DNA of 64,000 nucleotides from a virus (Duplodnaviria; Caudoviricetes): IMG/VR virus record IMGVR_UViG_3300045391_004375, positions 16,816 to 80,815 of that record; one strand, 5' to 3'. Shown piece by piece: positions 63,831 to 64,000 of this stretch (position 1 is its first letter; each line of letters starts with the position of its first letter). The notes under the pieces were generated by a model. It saw only the letters and a program-made list of their open reading frames with translations, ran no database searches and was not told where the DNA came from. The position numbers and the translations under genes were made by a program.

Positions 63831-64000
63831 TTGGACCGACAACCTCAAGAAGTTCCCCGTAGCCTGGCTGGCCGGGGCCGCGATCGTCGTGGGCGCCCTG
63901 CTGGAGGCCGACGCCCAGTTCCACGTGCTGCCCGGCACGATCGGGCACTGGCTGGGCTACGTGGCCGCCGTGCTCGGCCTCATCGTGGCCGCCACGAAGG
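63820..64000 (+). CDS. holin-like membrane protein (truncated by the window edge)
   Basis: GGAGG RBS; two TM helices; open to the end. Confidence 0.5.
   Translation, partial: MNGSWTDNLKKFPVAWLAGAAIVVGALLEADAQFHVLPGTIGHWLGYVAAVLGLIVAATK

Noticed and set aside
1-64000. Genome-wide TAG recoding implied by the CUA tRNA
   Set aside because: Terminase, portal, capsid, tape measure and tail genes are full length in the standard code, and TAG is used as an ordinary stop.
1-64000. Many long antisense or alternate-frame ORFs in the track (e.g. 30156-32495, 36332-38794, 54334-56205)
   Set aside because: These are shadow ORFs typical of high-GC DNA, lying opposite well-supported genes and lacking motifs.
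1-64000. Integrase, att site or DNA polymerase
   Set aside because: None recognisable; they may lie outside the window, so the lifestyle is not settled.

Overview
High-GC (roughly 70%) tailed actinophage or prophage segment with siphovirus-type structural genes. The host is probably a filamentous actinomycete, judging from a BldC-like regulator and an LPXTG surface protein. Left part (1-28 kb): a candidate immunity switch, early and accessory genes, many tiny membrane proteins, a primase-polymerase plus AAA helicase, an antirepressor, ParB-like, SLOG and JAB genes, an amber-anticodon (CUA) tRNA, and a ~2.3 kb ORF-poor, highly structured RNA locus with four remodelled tRNA-like modules. Right part (29-64 kb): terminase, portal, head, tail and lysis genes. 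No integrase or DNA polymerase is visible in the window. Most unusual observations: (1) a 1296-aa putative virion protein joined in the -1 frame, at a G-GGA-AAA slippery site, to a VIP2/Alt-type ADP-ribosyltransferase; the ~1986-aa fusion carries five copies of a GR[RK]PGG motif, scaffold and capsid share a GG-ending leader, and the phage encodes a JAB protease; (2) the structured RNA / tRNA-like locus; (3) the CUA tRNA; (4) a 19-bp palindromic operator that overlaps several promoters and also occurs inside the giant head gene. All annotation is by eye from sequence motifs; no database search was run.
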